Assembly (NCBI GenBank): GCA_905235305.1
Contig: CAJOLC010000027.1
Location: forward strand, 13,458 to 77,457
Length of the DNA: 64,000 bases
Source of the DNA: an uncultured Bacteroidaceae bacterium
GTDB lineage: Bacteria; Bacteroidota; Bacteroidia; Bacteroidales; Bacteroidaceae
Reading direction: 5' to 3'
This document shows, one piece after another, positions 17,927-27,620 of the stretch. The translations under genes were made by a program, and so were the position numbers. The notes beneath the pieces are model-generated. The model worked only from the letters and a program-made list of their open reading frames with translations, did no database searches and was not told the DNA's origin. Position 1 is the first letter of the stretch, and every line of letters begins with the position of its first letter.

Positions 17927-17993
17927 GTCTGCAAAGATATGCTTTTTTTTGTAATTTAGGCTTAGACAAGATACAAGATATTGTAAAATGTTG

Positions 17994-18001
17994 TATATTT
18001 G
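17994..18001 (+). promoter_or_regulatory. -7 box TATATTTG upstream of the fasciclin gene
   Basis: Matches TAnnTTTG, ~115 nt before ATG 18116. Confidence 0.35.
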
Positions 18002-18115
18002 CAATCGAGAGTCTTGTTCGCATCACTGAAATGCGCAATACGCAGAACTAAAACTAAAGGACTTATTAACCTGGGGTGCTTTATTATGATTGGCATCTCG
18101 AATGATAGTTATATA

Positions 18116-20289
18116 ATGAAGAGAATCTTATTCATCATGTCGTTGATGCTTGCTCTGGCCGGTTGTACTGAGCAGATAGACGTGTCTTCGAGGTATGTTT
18201 TTGAGGGCAGGACAATCATGCAATATCTGGAAGGCAAGGACTATTACAGTGAGTATGTGCGCCTGCTCGGCGAGATGCCTGTGAGCGCATACTCCCAGAC
18301 TACCCTGAAGCAGCTGCTTTCTGCCCGCGGCCATTATACTGTCTTTGCGCCGACGAACGATGCAGTGCAGAATTACCTGGACTCGCTCTGCTGTAAGGGT
18401 ATCATTACTGAGGCATCCTGGGACGGTTTCCCGGATCAGACAACGCTTGACAGCATCAAGAAAGTCATTGTCTTCAACAGCGTTCTGGACAGTGGAGACC
18501 AGTATGCCTATGATGTCTCAGACTTTCCCGACCATGAGCATGAGTTCAGCCTTGCTAACATGAACAACCGCAAGTTGCGTGTCTTCTATGGACAGCAGGA
18601 CTTAGACAGCATCAGCATCGACAATGTGGCTGTGGTGTCGAAGACGAATCGGGGCATTGTCCTCACTAATGGTTATGTGCATCAGGTAGAGGGTGTCGTT
18701 GCTCCAAGCGACAGTCGTTTGGGCGACTTCCTGCGTCTATGGTCAAAGCATCCTGAAAGCGGTTACAGCGTAATGTCGCGTCTGATAATGGCTTGTGGCC
18801 TGGAGGACACGCTCAATGCCTATCGTGATGAGACATGGGAGAATCTTTACCTGACCGGCCAAGTAAAGGATTTGCCCACTCACACTTCTGTGGGTCAGGC
18901 CGGGACCATTCCTCAGCATCGTTATTATGGCTTTACGCTTTTTGCAGAAACCGACCGATTCTGGGAGGAGAAGATGGGTAAGAGCGCTGCTGAGATTAAG
19001 GTGACCGACATTTGCGACTTCCTGCGTGAATCGGGCCTGTTCGATTACATTGAGGGTATTCTCTATGACGACGACTATTCGAACGAGATGAATGTCCTGA
19101 ACCAGTTCGTTACGTATCATCTCTTACCGCAGCGCATCGGTCGCGACAAGCTGGTGATTCACTATAATGAACTGGGCTATAACTATGGCTCCTCCAGGTA
19201 TCCTTCGATTCCTGTCATGGATTATTACCAGACGATGGGCTTCCCCCGCTTGCTGAAAACCTATGAGAGTCGTGAGAGCAATGGTATTTTCCTGAATCGT
19301 TTCCCCAAGCTCAGGAATGGTCGCGGGCAGTTCGGCTATGCCGGCCAGAATGTCAATGACTATCACGAGAGCGGCGAGTTCCCTCAGCTGAAAGGCCTGA
19401 GTGCCTTCTCCAGCGAGAATGAAGGTGTCCGCGTATTAAACTATTCGGAGGCAGGCACTGATGCTTCGAGTGTGGCGAATGCAGTGGTGTATCCTATCGA
19501 GGAACTGCTTGTCTGCTCCCAGAATGTAATCAGATGGGCAGCGAGCGTATACGTATCGATGCGGGCTGCATGATGCCGGAACTGATGAACAATGATATCC
19601 GTTCGCAGCGTGCTTACTATGCCTATGGGGCTCCCAACGTTAGGGCCTTCCCTACGAACTATCCGTACATCGAGAACATCGAGATTCGCGAGGGAACGCA
19701 GTTCTACTATCTGCAGGGATACAAAGTCAACTACCATAACCTGCAGGCGGACGAGTATAACATCATAGGCCAGTACGACTTCACTATAAAGCTGCCTCCC
19801 GTCCCCCGTGCTGGACAGTATGAGATCCGCTTCGGCGTGGCCACGGGCTCACGCGTCCGTTCCATGGCGCAGGTGTATTTCGGGTCCGACCGAGACAAGA
19901 TGTACGTCACGGGCATACCGATGGATCTTCGTATCGGCGGCCTGGAGAAGAGGATGGGCGACGTCACGCTGCCCTCCGATGTAGGTTGGGAGGAGGATAC
20001 CGACGATGAGTCATACAACGACCAGGTGACGAAGTCGATGCGCACAAAGGGATTCATGAAGGCTCCCAACTCGTGGACCAACGGCACGGGCGCCAGTACA
20101 CCAGTCCGCACGTTCCATTACATGTCGCGTCGCATCATACTGAGCACCTTCCTGCAGCCTAACAGGAACTACTACATACGCTTCAAGTCCGTCCTAGATG
20201 ATATGACGAAGGAGTTCTACATGGACTATTTCGAATACGTTCCGAAAGAGGTCTACGACAATCCCGAGGAGTCGGAGGATATCTGGTAA
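18116..20289 (+). pseudogene. fasciclin (FAS1)-domain lipoprotein, apparently split by a 1-nt frame change near 19528
   Basis: Lipoprotein signal MKRILFIMSLMLALAGC. FAS1 motifs: GHYTVFAPTNDAVQNYL and NGYVHQVEGVVAPS. ORF 17999..19573 and ORF 19534..20289 overlap in different frames, and the second frame is open from 19462. Confidence 0.65.
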
Positions 20290-20355
20290 GGACAGGCGCC
20301 GTTTCTTGTAGCACTGTCTCTGTCTCTTTGGATGAGGAGGCAGTGCCCTTTCCAA

Positions 20356-20438
20356 CTCCCCTATAAGGCGCCTTTCATTCCCCTATAGGGCGTTGAGTAT
20401 CCCTCTATAGGGCGCCAAGTATCCCTCCCTGAAGGGTG
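20356..20438. repeat. four tandem ~21-22-nt units, each with a CCCTATAGGG-type palindrome
   Basis: Cores at 20358, 20380, 20401 and 20423 read CCCCTATAAGGCG, CCCCTATAGGGCG, CCCTCTATAGGGCGCC and CCCTCCCTGAAGGGTG. The array spans the stop codon (20405) of the membrane-protein gene. Confidence 0.7.
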
Positions 20439-21379
20439 AATGAAGTCAGCCAGAGGTTCAGGGTCGCCATCCCTGCCACGAGCAGCAGTGCGAGCAGGAA
20501 GAAGATGGTGGTCATGATGCTTCGGCTGAGCGAGAAGTAGTGCGCGATGAGCGGACTGGCACTGCAGACGAGCAATGCCATCGTGGTCTGGTAGTGCGCG
20601 GGCTGCAGGGCGAGCAGCACCATGAGCAGCAGCGTCTGCGACACATATATATATAGTATCATGCGCACGCGTATCTTGTCGTCGTAGTTGGTGCTGAGGT
20701 AGTGCAGGAGACTTACGATGCTGAGCAGTGCGACGACGCCTGCCGAGACTTGCCAGACCAGCGGCAGCGTCACGAGCTGCTCTATGCTGGGCATCTCCAC
20801 CTGCACCATCTCGACCATCCTCGCTGCAAGCCCCTGCAGGTCTTCCGTCATGAAGCACCATACGGCATAGCACCAATAGGGTACGACAATGCCCAGCATG
20901 CCTGCCCAAAACGCTTTCCACGTCAGCGAGCGGAGGAAAAGGGCGAGGTAGAAAAAGAAGGGAATCGCCATCGCCAGCATGATGGGCGTGCAGAAGCTGC
21001 CCAGGCTGAGCATCAGAAAAGAATGGAAGACGGACACCTGCGGGCGGTGGCTCTGGTAGCAGCGGAACAGTAGGAAGTAGCTGATGGTCAGGAAGGCGGC
21101 TGCGACAATAGGCTCGCTCAGGGGATGCATGAACGACAGGCTGGCCGACAGAATGAGCCAGACGCTCGACATCATGCGGGTGCGGATGCGGATGATGTGC
21201 CATCGGGCATTCGTTTCCATGACGATGTACGTCGTCAGCAGGCAGAGTACCAGCCCCATCAGGCAGCGTACGTCGAACGCTTTCTGCGGCAACCACCACA
21301 AACCAATTGCGGCAATCGTGCAGAAAGGGAGTGTGAAATCACTCCCTGCTACCTTGTTCTGGAGCCGTTTCTGCCTCAC
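20405..21379 (-). CDS. multi-pass integral membrane protein, unknown function
   Basis: The 324-aa ORF is hydrophobic throughout. I recognised no motif. Confidence 0.6.
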   Translation of the reverse strand: MRQKRLQNKVAGSDFTLPFCTIAAIGLWWLPQKAFDVRCLMGLVLCLLTTYIVMETNARWHIIRIRTRMMSSVWLILSASLSFMHPLSEPIVAAAFLTISYFLLFRCYQSHRPQVSVFHSFLMLSLGSFCTPIMLAMAIPFFFYLALFLRSLTWKAFWAGMLGIVVPYWCYAVWCFMTEDLQGLAARMVEMVQVEMPSIEQLVTLPLVWQVSAGVVALLSIVSLLHYLSTNYDDKIRVRMILYIYVSQTLLLMVLLALQPAHYQTTMALLVCSASPLIAHYFSLSRSIMTTIFFLLALLLVAGMATLNLWLTSFTLQGGILGAL

Positions 21380-21392
21380 GTTTGTCGGGTTT

Positions 21393-21472
21393 AATTCATA
21401 ATTCAGAATTCATAATCAGACTACTTCCTATACTTGCAGAAGAAAATAGCTATGAATTATGAATTATGAATT
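21393..21472. repeat. AT-rich imperfect inverted repeat made of short-period units
   Basis: AATTCATAATTCAGAATTCATAATC (21393-21417) faces ATGAATTATGAATTATGAATT (21452-21472). It lies just 3' of the purD stop. Confidence 0.6.
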
Positions 21473-21475
21473 GTT

Positions 21476-22744
21476 TCACAGGTCTGCCCCTATGTCTCTG
21501 CGGAAGTTCTTGCCCTGGAACGCTATCAGCTTCGCATTGGCAAAGCTCTTCTGGAGGGCTTCCTCTTTGTCCTTTCCATAACTGCTGACGGCAATGACCC
21601 GACCGCCGCTGGTGACGAGCTGGCCTTCCTGCATGGCCGTTCCTGCATGGAAGACGATGCTTCCCCAGACGTCTTCTACGCCTGTTATCTCAAAGCCCTT
21701 CTCGTACGAGCCAGGGTAACCGCCGCTCACCAGCATGATGCAGACGGCAGCGCGCTCATCGAACTCCACCTCCTTCTCTGCCAATGTGCCTGTGGCAACG
21801 CCTTCGAAGAGGTCCACGATGTCGCTCTTAAGCCGGAGCATCACGGTCTCCGTCTCCGGGTCGCCCATGCGGACATTGTACTCGATGACCTTCGGGTCGC
21901 CCTGCACATTGATGAGGCCGAAGAAGATAAAGCCTTTGTAGACGATGCCCTCGGCTTTCAGGCCTTCCACCGTCGGGCGGATGATGCGGTCTTCCACCTT
22001 CGTCATCCACTCCTTGTCGGCAAACGGAACGGGGCTCACGCTGCCCATGCCGCCCGTGTTCAGGCCTGTATCGCCCTCGCCGATGCGCTTGTAGTCCTTT
22101 GCCTCGGGCAGTATCTTGTAGTCTTTCCCATCGGTCAGCACGAAGACGCTGCACTCGATGCCGTCCAGGAACTCCTCGATGACGACCCGACTGCTTGCGC
22201 CGCCGAACATGCCGCCCAGCATTTCCTCGAGCTCCTTCTCAGCCTCTTCCAGCGTGGGCAGGATAAGTACGCCCTTGCCGGCACACAGTCCGTCGGCCTT
22301 CAAAACGTAGGGCGGCTGCAGCGTCCGCAGGAAGGCTTTGCCCTCCTCCAGTGTCTCGTCGGTAAACGTACGGTAGGCCGCCGTCGGAATACCATGCCTT
22401 TGCATGAAACCTTTGGCAAAGTCCTTGCTTCCCTCAAGCACCGCTCCAGCCTTGCTCGGCCCTATGACGGGCACGTCCTTCAGTTCGGGATCATCATGGA
22501 AATAGTCGTAGATGCCCTTCACCAATGGGTCTTCGGGACCCACTACAACCAGCTGTATCCGGTTCCTCAGTACAAGCATCTTGATGGCGTCGAAGTTGTC
22601 AGCCTTGATGTTAATGTTCTCGCCCACCTCGGCAGTGCCGGCGTTGCCGGGTGCGATGTACAGTTTCTCACACTTTTTGCTTTGGCTTATTTTCCAGGCC
22701 AGCGCATGTTCGCGCCCGCCGCTGCCTAAAAGAAGGATTCTCAT
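21476..22744 (-). CDS. purD: phosphoribosylamine--glycine ligase
   Basis: [18 protein letters not shown]..., an ATP-grasp fold, 422 aa. Confidence 0.95.
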   Translation of the reverse strand: MRILLLGSGGREHALAWKISQSKKCEKLYIAPGNAGTAEVGENINIKADNFDAIKMLVLRNRIQLVVVGPEDPLVKGIYDYFHDDPELKDVPVIGPSKAGAVLEGSKDFAKGFMQRHGIPTAAYRTFTDETLEEGKAFLRTLQPPYVLKADGLCAGKGVLILPTLEEAEKELEEMLGGMFGGASSRVVIEEFLDGIECSVFVLTDGKDYKILPEAKDYKRIGEGDTGLNTGGMGSVSPVPFADKEWMTKVEDRIIRPTVEGLKAEGIVYKGFIFFGLINVQGDPKVIEYNVRMGDPETETVMLRLKSDIVDLFEGVATGTLAEKEVEFDERAAVCIMLVSGGYPGSYEKGFEITGVEDVWGSIVFHAGTAMQEGQLVTSGGRVIAVSSYGKDKEEALQKSFANAKLIAFQGKNFRRDIGADL

Positions 22745-22755
22745 GACGTTTTATT

Positions 22756-24765
22756 CTATTTAAGGTAATCTTCGAAGTATTGCGTAATACGCTCGTGCAG
22801 ATGGACGCTCTTATGGCCGGCCATATTGTGGCCCTCGCCTGGATAGACGAAGAAGTCGGGCTGCGTGCCGGCTTCCGCGCAGGCGTTCAGGAACTGCAAG
22901 CTGTGCTGAGGCACGCACGTAGGGTCGTTCATGCCGATGATTATCTGCAGTTTTCCCTTCAGGTTCTTAGCCTTGCCTATACAACTCGTCTGCTCGTAGC
23001 CCTCGGGATTCTGCTCGGGCGTGTCCATGTAGCGCTCGCCGTACATCACTTCATACCATTTCCAGTCGATGACCGGCCCGCCTGCCACGCCCACCTTGAA
23101 GGCGTCGGGGTAGGTGGTCATCAGTGATGTGGTCATGAATCCGCCGTAGCTCCAGCCGTGGACGCCAAGCCTGTCGGCATCGACGTAGGGTAGCGTCTTG
23201 AGGAACGCCACGCCCTCCATCTGGTCTTTCATCTCCTCCTGACCCAAATGCCTGAAGGTGACTTGCTCGAAGTCGCGACCTCGGTCCTCACTTCCCCTGT
23301 TGTCCAGGATGAAGAGGATATAGCCTTTCTGCGCCATGTACGTCTCCCAGGAGCGCGACCCCCAGTGCCACGATGCCTCGACATTATGGGCGTGTGGGCC
23401 GCCATAGACATAGACGACGGTCGGATACTTACGGTTCGGGTCGAAGTCCATAGGCTTTACCATGCGCCAGTAGAGTGTTGTCTGGCCATCTGCAGCGAGG
23501 ATGGTTCCCTGCTCGAATATAGGTTGATACCAGCCGTCCCACGGGTCTTTGGCCGTTCTTTGCAGGCTCTGCTTGCCAGTCTTTGTGTCGGTTACGGCGC
23601 AGGCACGCGGTACGTCGGGTTCTTGCCAAGTGTCTATGAGGTAACGCCCATCGGCAGAGAGCTGCGCGGAGTGGCAGCCGCGGCCATTATCGAGCAGGGT
23701 TCTCTTCTTAGTCTTTAGGTCGAGACGGTAGATGTTGCGTTGCAGGTCGCCGGCCTCTTTAGTGATGATGATGGCACTCTTCGTGGCGGGGCAGAAGCCC
23801 ACCAGTTGCTTCACTACCCACGGCCCCTTGGTCAGCTGCCCGAGCTCCTTGCCGTCGGTGTCCATGAGGTAGAGGTGTGTGAAGCCGTCCTGCCAGCTCC
23901 AGTAGATGAACTTCGTGCTGTCCCAGGGCAGGAAGGTGATGGGGTGGAGCGGCTCGACGTACTTCTCCGACCGCTCCTCGCGCAGGGTGCGCAGCTTGCG
24001 GCCTGTTGCGGCGTCGTATGCATCGAGCGTCGTGTGGTTCTGGTCGCGGTTGAGTTCGTAAAGATAGAGTGTTCCTCCGTCCGGCGCCCAGCAGATGTTC
24101 GTGAAATATCGGTCAGTAGGATCGCCCAGGTCAAGGTAGATGGTCTTGCCCGTTTGGAGCGAGAAGATGCCAATCGTGACCTTGTGCGACGTCATTCCGG
24201 CCATAGGGTACTTGTCCGGAGCCAGTGTTGCCTCGCGTTCGAAGGTGTTGACCTGCGGGTAATCCGCCACCATGCTCTGGTCCATCCTGTAGAAGGCGAG
24301 CTGCTGTCCGTCGGGGCTCCAGAACGTGCCCTTATATATGCCGAACTCATCTCTGTGGACGCTTTGACCATAGACAATCTCCCGTGAGCCGTCGCTCGAC
24401 AGTTGGTGTTCGGTTCCGTCGGCAGTCAGGACGAAGAGGTTGCTGTTGCGCAGGAAGGCGACCGCTCCGGAGGCTTTGCAGTATTCCAGTTCCCCGTCGT
24501 GTCGCGAACGCTTGTTTGCGTCGAGATCGACCGTTTCGCCTTCGATTGTCTTGCCCGTCTTGGGGTCGATGACGGCAGGTTTCGTCTTGTCGGCAGCATC
24601 GATGAGACGGTTGCCATCCCATTGCAGTTGCCAACGCTCGGGGTAGAACTGCGACGCATTCTTGCCTCCGAAGTTGAGCTCCTCGAGTGTGAAGAGCTTT
24701 TGGGCGAAGAGTTGGCCGGTCGTGGTGAGCATGAGGAGGAATAGGATGAGGTATTTAGTCTTCAT
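22756..24765 (-). CDS. S9 family peptidase (DPP-IV-like propeller plus alpha/beta hydrolase)
   Basis: Trimmed to MKTKYLILFLLMLTTTGQLFAQ. The nucleophile elbow is GWSYGG. Confidence 0.85.
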   Translation of the reverse strand: MKTKYLILFLLMLTTTGQLFAQKLFTLEELNFGGKNASQFYPERWQLQWDGNRLIDAADKTKPAVIDPKTGKTIEGETVDLDANKRSRHDGELEYCKASGAVAFLRNSNLFVLTADGTEHQLSSDGSREIVYGQSVHRDEFGIYKGTFWSPDGQQLAFYRMDQSMVADYPQVNTFEREATLAPDKYPMAGMTSHKVTIGIFSLQTGKTIYLDLGDPTDRYFTNICWAPDGGTLYLYELNRDQNHTTLDAYDAATGRKLRTLREERSEKYVEPLHPITFLPWDSTKFIYWSWQDGFTHLYLMDTDGKELGQLTKGPWVVKQLVGFCPATKSAIIITKEAGDLQRNIYRLDLKTKKRTLLDNGRGCHSAQLSADGRYLIDTWQEPDVPRACAVTDTKTGKQSLQRTAKDPWDGWYQPIFEQGTILAADGQTTLYWRMVKPMDFDPNRKYPTVVYVYGGPHAHNVEASWHWGSRSWETYMAQKGYILFILDNRGSEDRGRDFEQVTFRHLGQEEMKDQMEGVAFLKTLPYVDADRLGVHGWSYGGFMTTSLMTTYPDAFKVGVAGGPVIDWKWYEVMYGERYMDTPEQNPEGYEQTSCIGKAKNLKGKLQIIIGMNDPTCVPQHSLQFLNACAEAGTQPDFFVYPGEGHNMAGHKSVHLHERITQYFEDYLK

Positions 24766-26263
24766 CGTCGTGGCGTTTCTTTCCATATTTCTTAGCGGGT
24801 TTGTTCCCGGCGAACGGCTTGCGGAAATCCTTCTTGAAGTCCTTTCTGTCGCCCCGGAAGTCCTTTCGATCGCCTCTGGACTCGCCCCGGAAGTCGCCCT
24901 TCTTGCTGTCTCTGCGGTAGTCTTCGCGGTCCTTCTTGCGGGTGAAACGCTCGCGAGGGTCGTCCTCCAGGCGTTGACTTTGTCGGCCTAATGGTTCCTT
25001 GAAGTCACGTTGACGCTTGAATCTCTTGCTGTCCGCCATCATGCGACGTTCCTGGACCGTCTTTATGTCGCCTCCTTCGGCACGCATGTCGTTGAACTTC
25101 CCGCTGAACATCTGGTACTTGCGGAGTTCGCACTCGAGGCTTCCGTTGTAAAGCGGTGTGCGGAGCGACGGCTTGAGGCCGATCTGGTCGAAGCATTCCT
25201 CGCGGTAGCTAAGCACCCAGGCGTCGCATCCCGTGAATTCGTGTTTGAGCTTCCTCCCTATCATCTTGTAGAGGCCAAGCAGATCCGGTGCCGAGATACG
25301 CTCGCCGTAAGGGGGATTGGTAATGATGATGGCCTTCTCTTCAGGCTGCCGGAAGTCGGCGAAGTCCTGCTGTTGGATGGTGATTTCCTTGCTTAGGCCG
25401 GCAGCCTTGACGTTGGTTGTGGCGATGGCCACTGCGCCTCGGTTGATGTCGTAGCCGTAGATGTGATGGTCGAAAGGGTGTTCGCGTGAGTCGTCCTCGT
25501 AGATTGCGTCGAAGAGTTCCTGGTCGAAGTCGGGCCACTTCTCGAAGGCATATTCCTTGCGGTACACGCCTGGAGCGATGCCTCTGGCAATGAGGGCGGC
25601 CTCGATTGCTATAGTGCCGCTGCCGCACATCGGGTCGATGAGGTCGCATTCACCCTTCCATCCCGTGAGCATGATGATGCCGGCTGCGAGGACTTCGTTG
25701 AGTGGAGCTTCCACTGTCTCCTGCCGGTAGCCACGACGATGCAGGCTTTCTCCGCTGGTGTCGAGTGACAGGGTGCAGTCATACTCTGCGATGTGGATGT
25801 GGAGCTGCAGGTCGGGATTGGTGACGCGGATGTTTGGGCGGCTTCCCGTACGCTCCCGCATCTGGTCGACAATGGCGTCTTTCACCTTGTAGGCCACGAA
25901 TTTAGAGTGCCGGAATTCCTGGCTGAAGACCACGCTATCTACGGCGAAGGTCGTCTCGCTCGTCAGGTAGTTGGTCCAATCTATCTCCTGCACGGCCTCG
26001 TACACCTCGTCGGCGGAAGTGGCGCGGAAGTGTTTGATGGGCATGAGGATGCGTATGGCTGTGCGGAGCTGGAAGTTTGCGCGATAGAGGAGCTCCTTGT
26101 TTCCGGTGAACGACACCATGCGGCGTCCTATCTGGATGTTGTTTGCGCCGAGGTCTATAAGCTCCGTCGCCAGCACGGTCTCAAGGCCTTGGAAGGTCTT
26201 GGCTATCATTTCGAACTCCTCTCCGGCCTTGCTCGCGGGAGTCTTCCACATGGGATTTTGCAT
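24755..26263 (-). CDS. THUMP-domain class I SAM-dependent RNA methyltransferase with a K/R/D-rich C-terminal tail
   Basis: EMIAKTFQGLE...DPMCGSGTIAIEA...IITNPPYGERI. The tail reads ...GDFRGESRGDRKDFRGDRKDFKKDFRKPF... The start is uncertain (26263, 26251 or 26209). Confidence 0.8.
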   Translation of the reverse strand: MQNPMWKTPASKAGEEFEMIAKTFQGLETVLATELIDLGANNIQIGRRMVSFTGNKELLYRANFQLRTAIRILMPIKHFRATSADEVYEAVQEIDWTNYLTSETTFAVDSVVFSQEFRHSKFVAYKVKDAIVDQMRERTGSRPNIRVTNPDLQLHIHIAEYDCTLSLDTSGESLHRRGYRQETVEAPLNEVLAAGIIMLTGWKGECDLIDPMCGSGTIAIEAALIARGIAPGVYRKEYAFEKWPDFDQELFDAIYEDDSREHPFDHHIYGYDINRGAVAIATTNVKAAGLSKEITIQQQDFADFRQPEEKAIIITNPPYGERISAPDLLGLYKMIGRKLKHEFTGCDAWVLSYREECFDQIGLKPSLRTPLYNGSLECELRKYQMFSGKFNDMRAEGGDIKTVQERRMMADSKRFKRQRDFKEPLGRQSQRLEDDPRERFTRKKDREDYRRDSKKGDFRGESRGDRKDFRGDRKDFKKDFRKPFAGNKPAKKYGKKRHDDED

Positions 26264-26281
26264 TTGTCAGCTTGTTATTTA

Positions 26282-26315
26282 ACTATGAACTATAGACTAT
26301 GAACTATGGACTATC
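26282..26315. repeat. 2.5 copies of a 14-nt unit ACTATGAACTAT(A/G)G
   Basis: Seen directly between the cysE stop and the methyltransferase start. Confidence 0.6.
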
Positions 26316-27224
26316 CTACAGGCATCCCCAGTCTTCAGGCCTGACGACGTGGCTTTTTCGCTTCTTGGCCTGGATGACTTGCTCGCCTGGCTTGGTGCTT
26401 TCAGTTACCCATACGTTGCCGCCGATGATGGTGTTTCGTGCGATGGTGATGCGTCCCAGGACGGTGGCATTACTGTAGACGATGACATTGTCCTCGATGA
26501 TTGGGTGGCGGGGCACGCCTTTGACGGGGTTTCCATTATCGTCCAGGGTGAAGCTCCTCGCGCCGAGGGTGACGCCCTGATAGAGCTTCACGTGGTTGCC
26601 GATGATGCAGGTGGCGCCGATGACGACGCCTGTGCCGTGGTCGATGGTGAAGTGGTGGCCTATCTGAGCACCGGGATGTATGTCGATGCCCGTCTCGCTG
26701 TGGGCCATTTCAGTGATGATGCGCGGTATGAGCGGCACGCCGAGCAGGAGGAGTTCGTGTGCTATACGGTAGCTGCTGATGGCCTTTATGACCGGATAGC
26801 AGCTGATGATTTCGCCGTAGGAGATGGCTGCGGGGTCACCATTATAGGCGGCCTCGACGTCGGTGGCAAGAATGTTTCGCAGCTCGGGCAAGCGTGTGAT
26901 GAAGTCGTACGTGATAGCCGTGGCAGACTTCTCCTGCGTGGGCAGCGCCTTCAGTCCCGCCAGTACCTGCTGCGTAAGCAGGGAGACCAGGCGATCCAGG
27001 CTGACGCCGATGTGGTAGGGCAGTGTCTCGCTGTTCAGCGTGGACTTCCCGTAGAAGCCGGGGAACAGTATGGCTCGGCAGAGGTCGACTATCTCGGCGA
27101 GTACCGGAGCAGAGGGCAGCGGGTCGCCATCATTGTGTTCGTTGAAAAGGCCGTGCAGTGAGTCAGGCTCTGAAAGACGGCTTACGGTCTGCCTGAGCAG
27201 GTCACTATGTTCATTTGAGTTCAT
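26316..27224 (-). CDS. cysE: serine O-acetyltransferase
   Basis: Trimmed to MNSNEHSDLL. Motifs: DVEAAYNGDPAA, and the hexapeptide-repeat region GIDIHPGAQIGHHFTIDHGTGVVIG. Confidence 0.88.
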   Translation of the reverse strand: MNSNEHSDLLRQTVSRLSEPDSLHGLFNEHNDGDPLPSAPVLAEIVDLCRAILFPGFYGKSTLNSETLPYHIGVSLDRLVSLLTQQVLAGLKALPTQEKSATAITYDFITRLPELRNILATDVEAAYNGDPAAISYGEIISCYPVIKAISSYRIAHELLLLGVPLIPRIITEMAHSETGIDIHPGAQIGHHFTIDHGTGVVIGATCIIGNHVKLYQGVTLGARSFTLDDNGNPVKGVPRHPIIEDNVIVYSNATVLGRITIARNTIIGGNVWVTESTKPGEQVIQAKKRKSHVVRPEDWGCL

Positions 27225-27254
27225 AGCAGTGAATACATTACAATAATTAATGGT

Positions 27255-27262
27255 GCAAAGGT
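27255..27262 (-). promoter_or_regulatory. -7 box TACCTTTG upstream of cysE
   Basis: Plus strand reads caaaggta, 31 nt upstream of ATG 27224. Confidence 0.5.
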
Positions 27263-27387
27263 ACGAAATAAAATTAAGAATGAAGAACGAAGGGTGAAGA
27301 ATTATTCCGTAGTCAGGGAAAAATCGTACCAGCCAGGCCTGTCCGATGCAGCGCCATGGGGCAGTCGGCTCAGCATGCCGCATCTCG

Positions 27388-27474
27388 TGACGCAACGTAT
27401 TGGAGTCGTTGCAGCATCATGAACCTGCAATTGAATATTCATGATGCTGCAATTGCAGGTTCATGATGCTGCAA
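27388..27474. repeat. REP-like array of three 22-nt palindromic units plus flank (copy 2, opposite orientation)
   Basis: TGACGCAACGTATTGG.. TTGCAGCATCATGAA-CCTGCAATTGAATA-TTCATGATGCTGCAA-TTGCAGG-TTCATGATGCTGCAA. Confidence 0.8.
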
Positions 27475-27620
27475 AGGATGCTCCTGCATGAGTCGGGCAA
27501 AGTCCTGTGCTGCGTCGGGCAGGAAAGCATAAAAAATCCCGCGCCATTCAGTGGATGACGCGGGACTGTGGCGACCTGACCTTTGCCGTCGCCTATGTTC
27601 AGAGTTTCTTCTTTGCTGTA

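Noticed and set aside
17932-17939. TATCTTTG box 6 nt upstream of ATG 17926 as the promoter of the glycosyltransferase run.
   Set aside because: It is too close to the start codon for the usual -7 geometry unless the mRNA is leaderless. I cannot distinguish it from a chance match.
20361-21299. 312-aa ORF overlapping the membrane-protein gene in another frame on the same strand.
   Set aside because: Its composition is Arg/Pro/His/Ala-rich with no hydrophobic pattern. The 20405..21379 frame gives a coherent multi-TM protein.
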